A stretch of 64,000 nucleotides of DNA, taken from the NCBI GenBank assembly GCA_016779995.1, contig JADHMO010000001.1, forward strand, positions 74,638-138,637, written 5' to 3'. The notes under the pieces were generated by a model, which was not told the origin of the DNA, did no database searches, and saw only the letters and a program-made list of their open reading frames with translations. The position numbers were made by a program, and so were the translations under genes. The stretch is from Flavobacteriales bacterium. GTDB taxonomy: Bacteria > Bacteroidota > Bacteroidia > Flavobacteriales > UBA7312. Below, piece after piece: positions 56,874-64,000 of the stretch; position 1 is the first letter of the stretch; each line of letters starts with the position of its first letter.

Positions 56874-57734
56874 ATGACTAAAAATAAAAATTTAAACACT
56901 CCTATAACGATAGATTGTAATTCAAAATTGCTCGATTTATCAACACCAGCAATAATGGGTATTTTAAACCTTACTGACGATTCTTTTTATGATGGCGGAC
57001 AACACAATTCCATAAAAAAAGCACTTCTTCAAACTGAAAAAATGCTCGATGATGGAGCTAAAATCATTGATATAGGAGCCTATTCTTCTCGACCTAATGC
57101 TAAACACATTAGTCTTGATGAAGAGTGGCAAAGATTAGAAAAAACACTACAAATTATTAACAAAGAATTTCCTAAAGCTATACTTTCTGTAGATACCTTT
57201 CGTTCAGAAATTGCTTGGCGAAGTGTCGATAATGGTGCAGATATAATCAATGATATTTCTGCTGGAAATTTAGACCTAGAAATGTTTGATGTTGTTGCAG
57301 ATTTAAATGTTCCTTACATTATGATGCATATGCAAGGCACTCCACAAACTATGCAAGACAATCCACATTACGATTGCATAGAAAAAGAAGTGGCGAACTA
57401 TTTTTTAAACAAAGTGAAAACACTACAACAAAAAGGTCTAAGTAAAATCATTATTGACCCTGGCTTTGGATTTGGCAAAACACTTGAACACAACTACCAA
57501 TTGTTAAATAATCTAGAAGAACTTCATACTCTAGAACTTCCCCTATTAGTAGGAGTTTCAAGAAAGTCAATGGTATATAAAGTATTGGAAACAGATGCTA
57601 AAAATTCACTCAACGGAACAACCGCTATTCATGCTTTGTGTTTAAGCAAGGGAGCATCAATTCTGAGGGTGCACGATGTAAAAGAAGCTGTTGAGTGTGT
57701 AAAATTAATTAACTTCGCCAAAAACCAATTATAA
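56874..57734 (+). CDS. folP: dihydropteroate synthase
   Basis: IMGILNLTDDSFYDGG...IIDIGAYSSRP...DPGFGFGK...GVSRKS. Confidence 0.95.
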   Translation: MTKNKNLNTPITIDCNSKLLDLSTPAIMGILNLTDDSFYDGGQHNSIKKALLQTEKMLDDGAKIIDIGAYSSRPNAKHISLDEEWQRLEKTLQIINKEFPKAILSVDTFRSEIAWRSVDNGADIINDISAGNLDLEMFDVVADLNVPYIMMHMQGTPQTMQDNPHYDCIEKEVANYFLNKVKTLQQKGLSKIIIDPGFGFGKTLEHNYQLLNNLEELHTLELPLLVGVSRKSMVYKVLETDAKNSLNGTTAIHALCLSKGASILRVHDVKEAVECVKLINFAKNQL

Positions 57735-58508
57735 ATGGGTTTCTTAGAATTTAACATATTAGACATTTTAGACATCTTACTGGTAGCATTTCTGCTATTT
57801 CAATTGTACAAATTGATAAAAGGTACTGTAGCCATTCGTATTTTTATTGGTATTGCAGCTATATATTTACTTTGGAAGTTGGTAGAAGCCTTACAAATGG
57901 AACTTTTAAGTGAAATTTTAGGGCAATTTATTGGTGTTGGTGTGTTAGCAGTCATTATTGTTTTTCAGCAAGAATTAAGACGCTTTTTATTGATGATAGG
58001 AAATACTAAATTTTTCTCTAAAGATGGAGTTTTAAAATTTAATTGGATAAATGACGAAACTGCTGCAGAGGTGAAAATTTCAGACATCGTACAGGCATGT
58101 GATGAAATGGCAAAAACTAAAACTGGTGCAATCATCGTTATCACTAGAGAAAATGGCTTACCCAATTACATTGAAACTGGCGAAATAATCAACGCCAAAA
58201 CATCTAATATCTTTTTACAGAGTATCTTTTTCAAAAACAGCCCTTTACACGATGGTGCGGTCATTATCACTGGCGATACCATTAAAGCAGCTAGATGCGT
58301 TCTTCCTACTATAGAAAACGATAGTTTTCCTTCAAATTTAGGTATGCGACACAGAGCAGCGGCTGGTATTACCGAAAATACGGATTCTATTGCTGTTGTT
58401 GTTTCAGAAGAAAGGGGTAAAATTTCGGTTGCATACAAAGGCAAATTAGAGATTAGCCTATCTGCCGATCAACTCAAAGAATTCTTACAAAGGGAATTGC
58501 ACCAATAA
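57735..58508 (+). CDS. cdaA: diadenylate cyclase (c-di-AMP synthase) CdaA
   Basis: Three N-terminal TM segments plus DAC domain motifs ...GAIIVI..., ...LHDGAVII..., ...GMRHRAAAGITE.... The ATG immediately follows the folP stop. Confidence 0.9.
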   Translation: MGFLEFNILDILDILLVAFLLFQLYKLIKGTVAIRIFIGIAAIYLLWKLVEALQMELLSEILGQFIGVGVLAVIIVFQQELRRFLLMIGNTKFFSKDGVLKFNWINDETAAEVKISDIVQACDEMAKTKTGAIIVITRENGLPNYIETGEIINAKTSNIFLQSIFFKNSPLHDGAVIITGDTIKAARCVLPTIENDSFPSNLGMRHRAAAGITENTDSIAVVVSEERGKISVAYKGKLEISLSADQLKEFLQRELHQ

Positions 58509-59831
58509 TTAGCTTTTCAATCTAGGATCAAGTGCATCTCTTAGCCCCTCACCTATCAAATTATAGATAGTAATAGTTAAGAATATTGCAAATCCTGGGA
58601 ACATAACCAACCACCACGCTTCAAATTCTTGACGTCCTAAATTAAGTAAAGACCCCCACGTTACTACATCATCTGGAACACCAATTCCTAGAAAAGATAA
58701 AGAACTTTCTATAAGGATTGCTGATGCTACACCAAAGGCAATTGACACAAATACAGGTGCTAATGCATTAGGAAGTGCATGTTTAGCAATGGCTCTAAAA
58801 TTAGAATAACCCAGAGATTTAGCCGCTTGAACGTACTCTAACTCTCTGATACGTAAAAATTCAGCACGAGTAAAACGTGCTATACCAGTCCATGAAGTAA
58901 GACCAATAATTACCATAATTAACCATATACTTCTTACGAAAATGGCCGATATAGTAATGATTAGAATTAGTCTAGGAATTGAGTTTAAAATCTCAATACC
59001 TCTAGAAACAAAAGTATCAATTGGTACACTAACCTCTTTGGCTAACCAGCCAAATTTGAACACTCTAGATAAAAGACGCATTCCTACTATGATAGCAGCA
59101 ATTAAAATTAAAGAGATGACAAGTTCCCAAATTCCATTGCCTGAAGTAAAAGCATTTGCTAAAGTGTATTTTCTAACACCAAAACCATAAAAGAAAGCTA
59201 AGAAAACTCCCAATAGTGTAAAGTAATATTTAGATCGAGGCATTAATAAATTTCTATCACCAAAGAAACCAGCCAAAGCCCCTAAAAAGACCCCAATAAT
59301 ACTTGCTATACCCATAGCTAATACTCCTACCAAAAGTGATATTCGAGTACCATGAATTAGTCCTGACGCCAAATCTCTACCTATGTTGTCAGTTCCCATA
59401 ATGTGCCTTAAGCGGTTAGGAATGGCGACAATTTCATTGTCACTATTTTTATACCGTTGTTCATCGAATGGCGATACGTATTCTCTGTTATATCTGTCAC
59501 CCTTGTCTGGAGAATAAGGTATAGGTGCCCAGACTACCTTTTCTAAATCTAGCTTCCTCCAATCTGTAATATCAAACTGAAGGATTTCAATAAGACCTGT
59601 TTCAGAGTTGATGACAGAATCTAACTTAGATGGATTAACCAAAGTGGAAAATGCAGGATAAAAAGTTTCTCCTTTATACTTACAATACAAAGGTTGGTCA
59701 TTAGCTATAACAGGCGCAAATAAGGCTACAAAAACCAATGCTATCAGAATATATAATGATATTAGGGCTGGTTTGTTTTTCTTAAACTGCTGCCAAGCGT
59801 ATTTTTTAAATGAAAAATCTCTCTGTTCCAT
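58509..59831 (-). CDS. ABC transporter permease (DppC/OppC-like) with enlarged N-terminal periplasmic region
   Basis: 440 aa; the C-terminal core has ...YVQAAKSLGYS... (EAA loop). About 130 aa lie between TM1 and the core. Confidence 0.82.
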   Translation of the reverse strand: MEQRDFSFKKYAWQQFKKNKPALISLYILIALVFVALFAPVIANDQPLYCKYKGETFYPAFSTLVNPSKLDSVINSETGLIEILQFDITDWRKLDLEKVVWAPIPYSPDKGDRYNREYVSPFDEQRYKNSDNEIVAIPNRLRHIMGTDNIGRDLASGLIHGTRISLLVGVLAMGIASIIGVFLGALAGFFGDRNLLMPRSKYYFTLLGVFLAFFYGFGVRKYTLANAFTSGNGIWELVISLILIAAIIVGMRLLSRVFKFGWLAKEVSVPIDTFVSRGIEILNSIPRLILIITISAIFVRSIWLIMVIIGLTSWTGIARFTRAEFLRIRELEYVQAAKSLGYSNFRAIAKHALPNALAPVFVSIAFGVASAILIESSLSFLGIGVPDDVVTWGSLLNLGRQEFEAWWLVMFPGFAIFLTITIYNLIGEGLRDALDPRLKS

Positions 59832-59835
59832 AGTT

Positions 59836-61332
59836 TTATTTGTAAGAAATTCTAGGGTCTACTACTGCATAAAGTATATCGGCTACTAAATAACCGATCA
59901 TAGTTAAAAAACCAATAATCGTAAATACGGCAACTATCATAGGATAGTCTGAATTGAGTATTGAACTATAAATCTCAAATCCCATACCTGGGATAGTGAA
60001 AATGGTTTCAATGATTACCGACCCTCCAATTGCTAAAGGGAAAATATTAGCAAAAACTGTAATTATTGGTAATAAAGAGTTTCTTAATGCGTGTTTCATC
60101 ACTACTTTACCTTCACCAAGTCCTTTAGCTCGTGCTGTACGGATATAATCTTGTCCAAATACATCTATTACACCAACACGCATAATTCTACTTAAAAATG
60201 CAAAAGAACTATAAGTATAGGTTATCAATGGAAGTATAAAATAAGGTGCTCTGTGTGCTGCTTTTTCTAAGAAAGACCAGCTAGGGTCGTATAATGTAGG
60301 GTCTTGTATTCCTGAAACAGGAAACCACCTTAATGTGTCTGGATTGGCAAAGGTGTACAATAACAATACACCAATAAAAAAACCAGGCATTGAATACAAA
60401 ACAAATACTACAATAGACGTAATCCTATCAAATTTTGTGTCCTTTTTGTAAGCTGAATAAATTCCTAGTGGAATACTGACTAAATAAGCAAAGATTACCG
60501 ATAACAATGAAAAGGAAAAAGAAATCCATACCTTACTCCATATTTTAGTATTGATAGGCTGACTATCGATGTAAGAAAAACCAAAGTCACCCCTTACAAC
60601 TCCTTTACGTTGTTCACCATCACCAAACAACCAAAAATGATATTGATTTTTAGAACCGTACCATATAATTTTAGGAATATAGCTTTTCCAAGAAGATTGC
60701 TTACTTAGCATATCATTGTATAACAACTTGGATTGTTCAAACTCCTTTTTTACGGGAGATAAAAAGGCATAATTACTATAAAGTGTATCTAAAGAATTAA
60801 ATTTTGATGCTATCACATTAGGGTTGGCTGTTTCTAACATTGAATTGATTTCAAAATTAGATTCAGTAATTACATCATTGATTTCATTTTTAGAATAGTT
60901 AGGTCGCCCCTCAGCATCTTTATTCATCTCAAAGATATCATCTAAAATAAGCTTACTATGACTAAGCTGAGCTACATTTAGCTGATGAAAATAACTAGAA
61001 ACATCTTCCCAATTGCCATAATAATGAGATAACTCAGCTAGACATGCTGAGTGGTCTTTATCTGCAACTCTGTAGAGTGTATCACAATCACTTATTGACC
61101 CAAAACTGAAGTAGAAAACTGGTAAATCAAGACCTAGTTTTTTTCGTAATTCTTGCTTAGTTTTTTTAGTCGCATTAGATTGCTGATTGGCTGCCCCTTC
61201 CTTGTCGGCAGAGCTAGATAATTTTTCTACAGGATCGGCTGGTGCACTTATACTAATAATGAAAGCTAATAATGAAATGGCTAACAATGTTGGTATAAAA
61301 ATGAGTATCCTTTTCGCTAAGTATTTTAACAT
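59836..61332 (-). CDS. ABC transporter permease (DppB/OppB-like) with ~220-aa periplasmic insertion
   Basis: 498 aa; TM1 is followed by a long soluble segment, then the core with ...DYIRTARAKGL... (EAA loop). Confidence 0.82.
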   Translation of the reverse strand: MLKYLAKRILIFIPTLLAISLLAFIISISAPADPVEKLSSSADKEGAANQQSNATKKTKQELRKKLGLDLPVFYFSFGSISDCDTLYRVADKDHSACLAELSHYYGNWEDVSSYFHQLNVAQLSHSKLILDDIFEMNKDAEGRPNYSKNEINDVITESNFEINSMLETANPNVIASKFNSLDTLYSNYAFLSPVKKEFEQSKLLYNDMLSKQSSWKSYIPKIIWYGSKNQYHFWLFGDGEQRKGVVRGDFGFSYIDSQPINTKIWSKVWISFSFSLLSVIFAYLVSIPLGIYSAYKKDTKFDRITSIVVFVLYSMPGFFIGVLLLYTFANPDTLRWFPVSGIQDPTLYDPSWSFLEKAAHRAPYFILPLITYTYSSFAFLSRIMRVGVIDVFGQDYIRTARAKGLGEGKVVMKHALRNSLLPIITVFANIFPLAIGGSVIIETIFTIPGMGFEIYSSILNSDYPMIVAVFTIIGFLTMIGYLVADILYAVVDPRISYK

Positions 61333-61344
61333 ATTATTAAATTT

Positions 61345-63099
61345 TTAGGGTATTGGGACTTTAGTCTTATAACTTTCTTTGAGATTAAAATTATGTAAAA
61401 CAAAACCGGGTTTTTCATAATACATATCGGCATTATCGAAACGCTTATGAATGACTATTTTACGCTTAGGACTATACATAAACACATAAGGCTGGTCTTC
61501 ATATATCTTGGCTTGTAATTGCCATATGGCATTTCTATGTTCTTCAGGGTCAATGGCAGCATTAGCAGCGTCAATCAAAGAATCGCTATAAGCATCGCCA
61601 AAACCACAGAAATTAGAACCTTTGTTTGCCCAAGAAGAAGTGTGCCACAATTGGTAAGGATTGGAATAAGAGGCAGAACCACCCCAACCTCCAAGCATCA
61701 TATCAAAATCATGCTCTTGAGCATTTTTATAAAACAAGGTAAAGTCCATTGGGTTTGGCTTAACTTCCACACCAGCTCTCCACATACTCTCTTTAATCAT
61801 TAAGGCCGTCTCTTTAGAGGCAGCACCACTCATATAACTCAATTCAAAACTCAATTGTAGTTTCTCGCCATTGACAATTTTATCTCTAATGTTATTGTCG
61901 TCTGTATCTATCCATCCTGCTTCGTCTAATAATTGTTTGGCTTTTTCTAAATCCAATTTAATCAACTCTAAAGTATCGTTGTAGTTCTTTTTAAGATTGG
62001 ATAACTGAGCGACTTGCCTAGAACCTTCTCCATGAAGTAATACTTCTACAATTTCATCGACAGGAACTAAATGAGCCATCGCTCTGCGTACTTTTACGTC
62101 AGTAAAAAATTCTTTTCTCTTGATACCGTCAGGACGCATATTCAAACCGGCATAATAGTATGAATATTGGTCTAAAAAGGCAGAATGGTAATTCTCATTA
62201 AAGTAATCGTGCTTCTGTAGTTTGAATAATTTAGAAGTACCTACTCTGTTAGTTGCATCTAACCCCTGACTTTTTAATGATAAAAATACAGAGGCATCAT
62301 CAGTAATAATCTTAAAAATGATTTGTTCAGGATAATTTTGGTTATAAATAAGCGTATCGTTATCACCCCACCAATTGTCTTTTCTACTGGCTATGATGTA
62401 AGAACCAGATTCCCATTCACTAATTTGATAGGGTCCTAAACCTACTAGTCTTTCTGGTTGATAGCGATTGTCTCCATGATTGAAAGCATTAAACCAATCT
62501 GACCATTCTTTTTTTTCTTTAAAATTTTCGCTGTGGATATTTTCAAATGTTAAATCATCCAATATACCTTCTGGGTCCCAATGCGCTTTCTGTTGAATGT
62601 AGACCTCTGAGAAAATATTAGGGTTGGTAACATTTTTTCCAAAAGCTACCATAGTAAATTTCTTTGGCTCATTAGGATAAAGTATTATATCCTTTATTAC
62701 AGAAGAATAATTACCTCTTACATTGGCATTATCAGTAAGTGGACACAGTTGTAATTTAGTCGTAAACTCAATGTCTTTTGCAGTCAATTCACTTCCATCA
62801 TCCCATCTCACGTCATCTCTCAACTCATAGTGATACAAAAGCCCATCATCAGAAATTTCTGGTAAGGATTTAGCTAGAGATGGTATGTATTCTAAAGAAC
62901 TAACATCTAACTTTACTAAAGTTTTTTGTGTATGTTCAAAAATGAAAGAACGCATGACCGAATTGTCATTATAAGGGTGCAAACCATCAGGGTTTGATGA
63001 AATATGAGCAACAACAATGTTCTGAGATAAATCTCTGCTATCAACACAGGCAGATAATGTAATGGCGGCTATTAAAGTAGCAAATATCTTATTCAACAT
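61345..63099 (-). CDS. ABC transporter substrate-binding lipoprotein, family 5
   Basis: Lipobox ...TLSAC, and a family-5 SBP pattern over 584 aa. Confidence 0.82.
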   Translation of the reverse strand: MLNKIFATLIAAITLSACVDSRDLSQNIVVAHISSNPDGLHPYNDNSVMRSFIFEHTQKTLVKLDVSSLEYIPSLAKSLPEISDDGLLYHYELRDDVRWDDGSELTAKDIEFTTKLQLCPLTDNANVRGNYSSVIKDIILYPNEPKKFTMVAFGKNVTNPNIFSEVYIQQKAHWDPEGILDDLTFENIHSENFKEKKEWSDWFNAFNHGDNRYQPERLVGLGPYQISEWESGSYIIASRKDNWWGDNDTLIYNQNYPEQIIFKIITDDASVFLSLKSQGLDATNRVGTSKLFKLQKHDYFNENYHSAFLDQYSYYYAGLNMRPDGIKRKEFFTDVKVRRAMAHLVPVDEIVEVLLHGEGSRQVAQLSNLKKNYNDTLELIKLDLEKAKQLLDEAGWIDTDDNNIRDKIVNGEKLQLSFELSYMSGAASKETALMIKESMWRAGVEVKPNPMDFTLFYKNAQEHDFDMMLGGWGGSASYSNPYQLWHTSSWANKGSNFCGFGDAYSDSLIDAANAAIDPEEHRNAIWQLQAKIYEDQPYVFMYSPKRKIVIHKRFDNADMYYEKPGFVLHNFNLKESYKTKVPIP

Positions 63100-63121
63100 A
63101 ATCGTAGAATTTGAGTTTATG

Positions 63122-63129
63122 CAAATATA
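63122..63129 (-). promoter_or_regulatory. -7 box (TATATTTG) for the SBP-permease operon
   Basis: The reverse complement is TATATTTG, 22 nt upstream of the ATG at 63099. Confidence 0.45.
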
Positions 63130-63199
63130 ACATTCCGAATCATTTATAAGCTATGCAATTATCGAATTTATAGGATAAAAAAATAAAAAATAAAAAAAC

Positions 63200-63230
63200 T
63201 TTGCGAAACAATGTAAATCATATAAATTTG
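63200..63230 (+). promoter_or_regulatory. consensus promoter TTTG-N19-TAAATTTG for tRNA-Ser
   Basis: -33 TTTG at 63200-63203 and -7 TAAATTTG at 63223-63230. The tRNA starts 15 nt later. Confidence 0.6.
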
Positions 63231-63245
63231 CGCCCTTGTTCTTTT

Positions 63246-63332
63246 GGAGAGGTGGCTGAGTGGCTGAAAGCGGCACCCTGCTAAGGTGTTATACCGGTAA
63301 CGGTATCGGGGGTTCGAATCCCCCTCTCTCCG
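63246..63332 (+). tRNA. tRNA-Ser (anticodon GCT)
   Basis: Class II cloverleaf: acceptor GGAGAGG/UCUCUCC, anticodon loop CUGCUAA, long variable arm, T-arm GGGGG-UUCGAAU-CCCCC. Confidence 0.92.
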
Positions 63333-63347
63333 CAGTATTGAAATTAA

Positions 63348-63378
63348 TTTGGCTGTCTTGATTATTTGTTTAGATTTG
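63348..63378 (+). promoter_or_regulatory. consensus promoter TTTG-N19-TAGATTTG for tRNA-Pro
   Basis: -33 TTTG at 63348-63351 and -7 TAGATTTG at 63371-63378. The tRNA starts 11 nt later. Confidence 0.6.
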
Positions 63379-63389
63379 CAGCCTTATTT

Positions 63390-63464
63390 CGGGGTGTAGC
63401 GTAGCCCGGTTATCGCGCCTCGTTTGGGACGAGGAGGTCGCAGGTTCGAATCCTGCCACCCCGA
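63390..63464 (+). tRNA. tRNA-Pro (anticodon TGG)
   Basis: Acceptor CGGGGUG/CACCCCG, anticodon arm CCUCG-UUUGGGA-CGAGG, T-arm GCAGG-UUCGAAU-CCUGC. Confidence 0.92.
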
Positions 63465-63484
63465 CACACAATAATAACCGGAAT

Positions 63485-63521
63485 AAAAAAAAGGGTTTGA
63501 TAATTATCAAACCCTTTTTTA
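63485..63521. terminator. bidirectional intrinsic terminator
   Basis: A-run, then the perfect 22-nt palindrome GGGTTTGATAATTATCAAACCC, then a T-run. It lies between the tRNAs and the convergent T9SS gene. Confidence 0.75.
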
Positions 63522-63542
63522 TTTGTCATATTTATCCTCTTA

Positions 63543-64000
63543 CTATTGTAAAATTAACTTTTCACTAGAGGTTCTATTATTTGTATTAATGAATAGGTTA
63601 TAGATACCTTTGGGATATGTAGATAAATCCAAAATTATAGTATGATTTCCATTTGTATTTAACTTATAACTTAAAATTTTCTCACCAAGTAGATTAGTAA
63701 CATTAATATCAATAATACCATTGGAAATAAATTCTAATGTAAAGCTATCATAAGACGGATTAGGGAATATACTTAGATTAAATTCTTCTTCCAATATAGA
63801 AGAAATATCTTGACATTGTTTTTCACACTCTTCTAAGCTAGAATATTCTCCTGTTCCATCGTTTAGAACCCCACAAACACCATTATCGCATCTCCAACTT
63901 TCATTTGTTGACGAACAGTTTTGCAAACAATCGTTGATAGTAGAGAATTCACCACTACCATCACTAGGGTCAATACAAACATTATTAACACAATTAAAAC
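63543..64000 (-). CDS. T9SS type-A cargo protein with repeated 4-Cys modules (5' end beyond window)
   Basis: The frame stays open to position 64000; the track's 'M' at 63926 is an internal TTG/Leu. The C-terminal LSIFPNPSYDSFTLEF...GIYNLFINT... is a type-A CTD. Upstream are two copies of C-x3-C-x5-G-x-G-E-[FY]-S-[ST]-x2-[DE]-C-x3-C. Confidence 0.75.
   Translation of the reverse strand, partial: FNCVNNVCIDPSDGSGEFSTINDCLQNCSSTNESWRCDNGVCGVLNDGTGEYSSLEECEKQCQDISSILEEEFNLSIFPNPSYDSFTLEFISNGIIDINVTNLLGEKILSYKLNTNGNHTIILDLSTYPKGIYNLFINTNNRTSSEKLILQ

Noticed and set aside
1-64000. Searched by eye for CRISPR arrays, IS elements, transposases, integrases, prophage genes, toxin-antitoxin pairs and known defence-system signatures.
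   Set aside because: I found none. The only sizeable repeats are the tandem duplication at 16.1-21.1 kb and intragenic domain repeats. The YwqK-type MORN protein and the XRE regulator have no toxin partner nearby.

Overview
AT-rich chromosomal segment that looks like Bacteroidota, probably Flavobacteriia-like. The evidence is gldF/gldG, six proteins with T9SS C-terminal sorting domains, TAnnTTTG -7 promoter boxes and no Shine-Dalgarno signals. All calls come from reading the sequence and ORF translations by eye; no database search was run. About 60 genes are ordinary housekeeping in compact, often overlapping operons: purC, phoH, gldFG, dnaN, gcvT, pyrD, mutL, mtaB, lgt, recR, mnmA, plsY, prmA, tpiA, folP, cdaA and peptide-type ABC components. 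There are three tRNAs (Arg-ACG, Ser-GCT, Pro-TGG), each with its own consensus promoter. I saw no CRISPR array, transposase, integrase or phage genes. The one clearly accessory and unusual region is ~14.8-23.1 kb. On the minus strand a complete cobalamin riboswitch (B12 box at 16087-16102) drives a monocistronic, signal-peptide-bearing beta-propeller gene, with no btuB or cobalamin-metabolism gene nearby. Diverging from it is a run of T9SS cargo genes shaped by a ~2.48 kb tandem duplication. The duplication junctions cut through the riboswitch, leaving a fossil half-aptamer at 18593-18690. They also cut through the first ~45 codons of the downstream Big_2 gene, leaving a truncated signal-peptide ORF at 18444-18581. 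The two duplicated type-B T9SS genes are mosaics: a diverged N-terminal ~250-aa domain and a ~512-bp near-identical central tract that suggests gene conversion. Other observations: a recurrent apparently leaderless promoter-ATG arrangement (box to ATG = 4-6 nt at six genes); a 1478-aa uncharacterised secreted protein translationally coupled to prmA; an ATPase-less, split ABC importer with enlarged permeases; an internally duplicated DUF1599-like gene back-to-back with folP; and a repeated 4-Cys module in a T9SS protein that runs off the right edge of the window.
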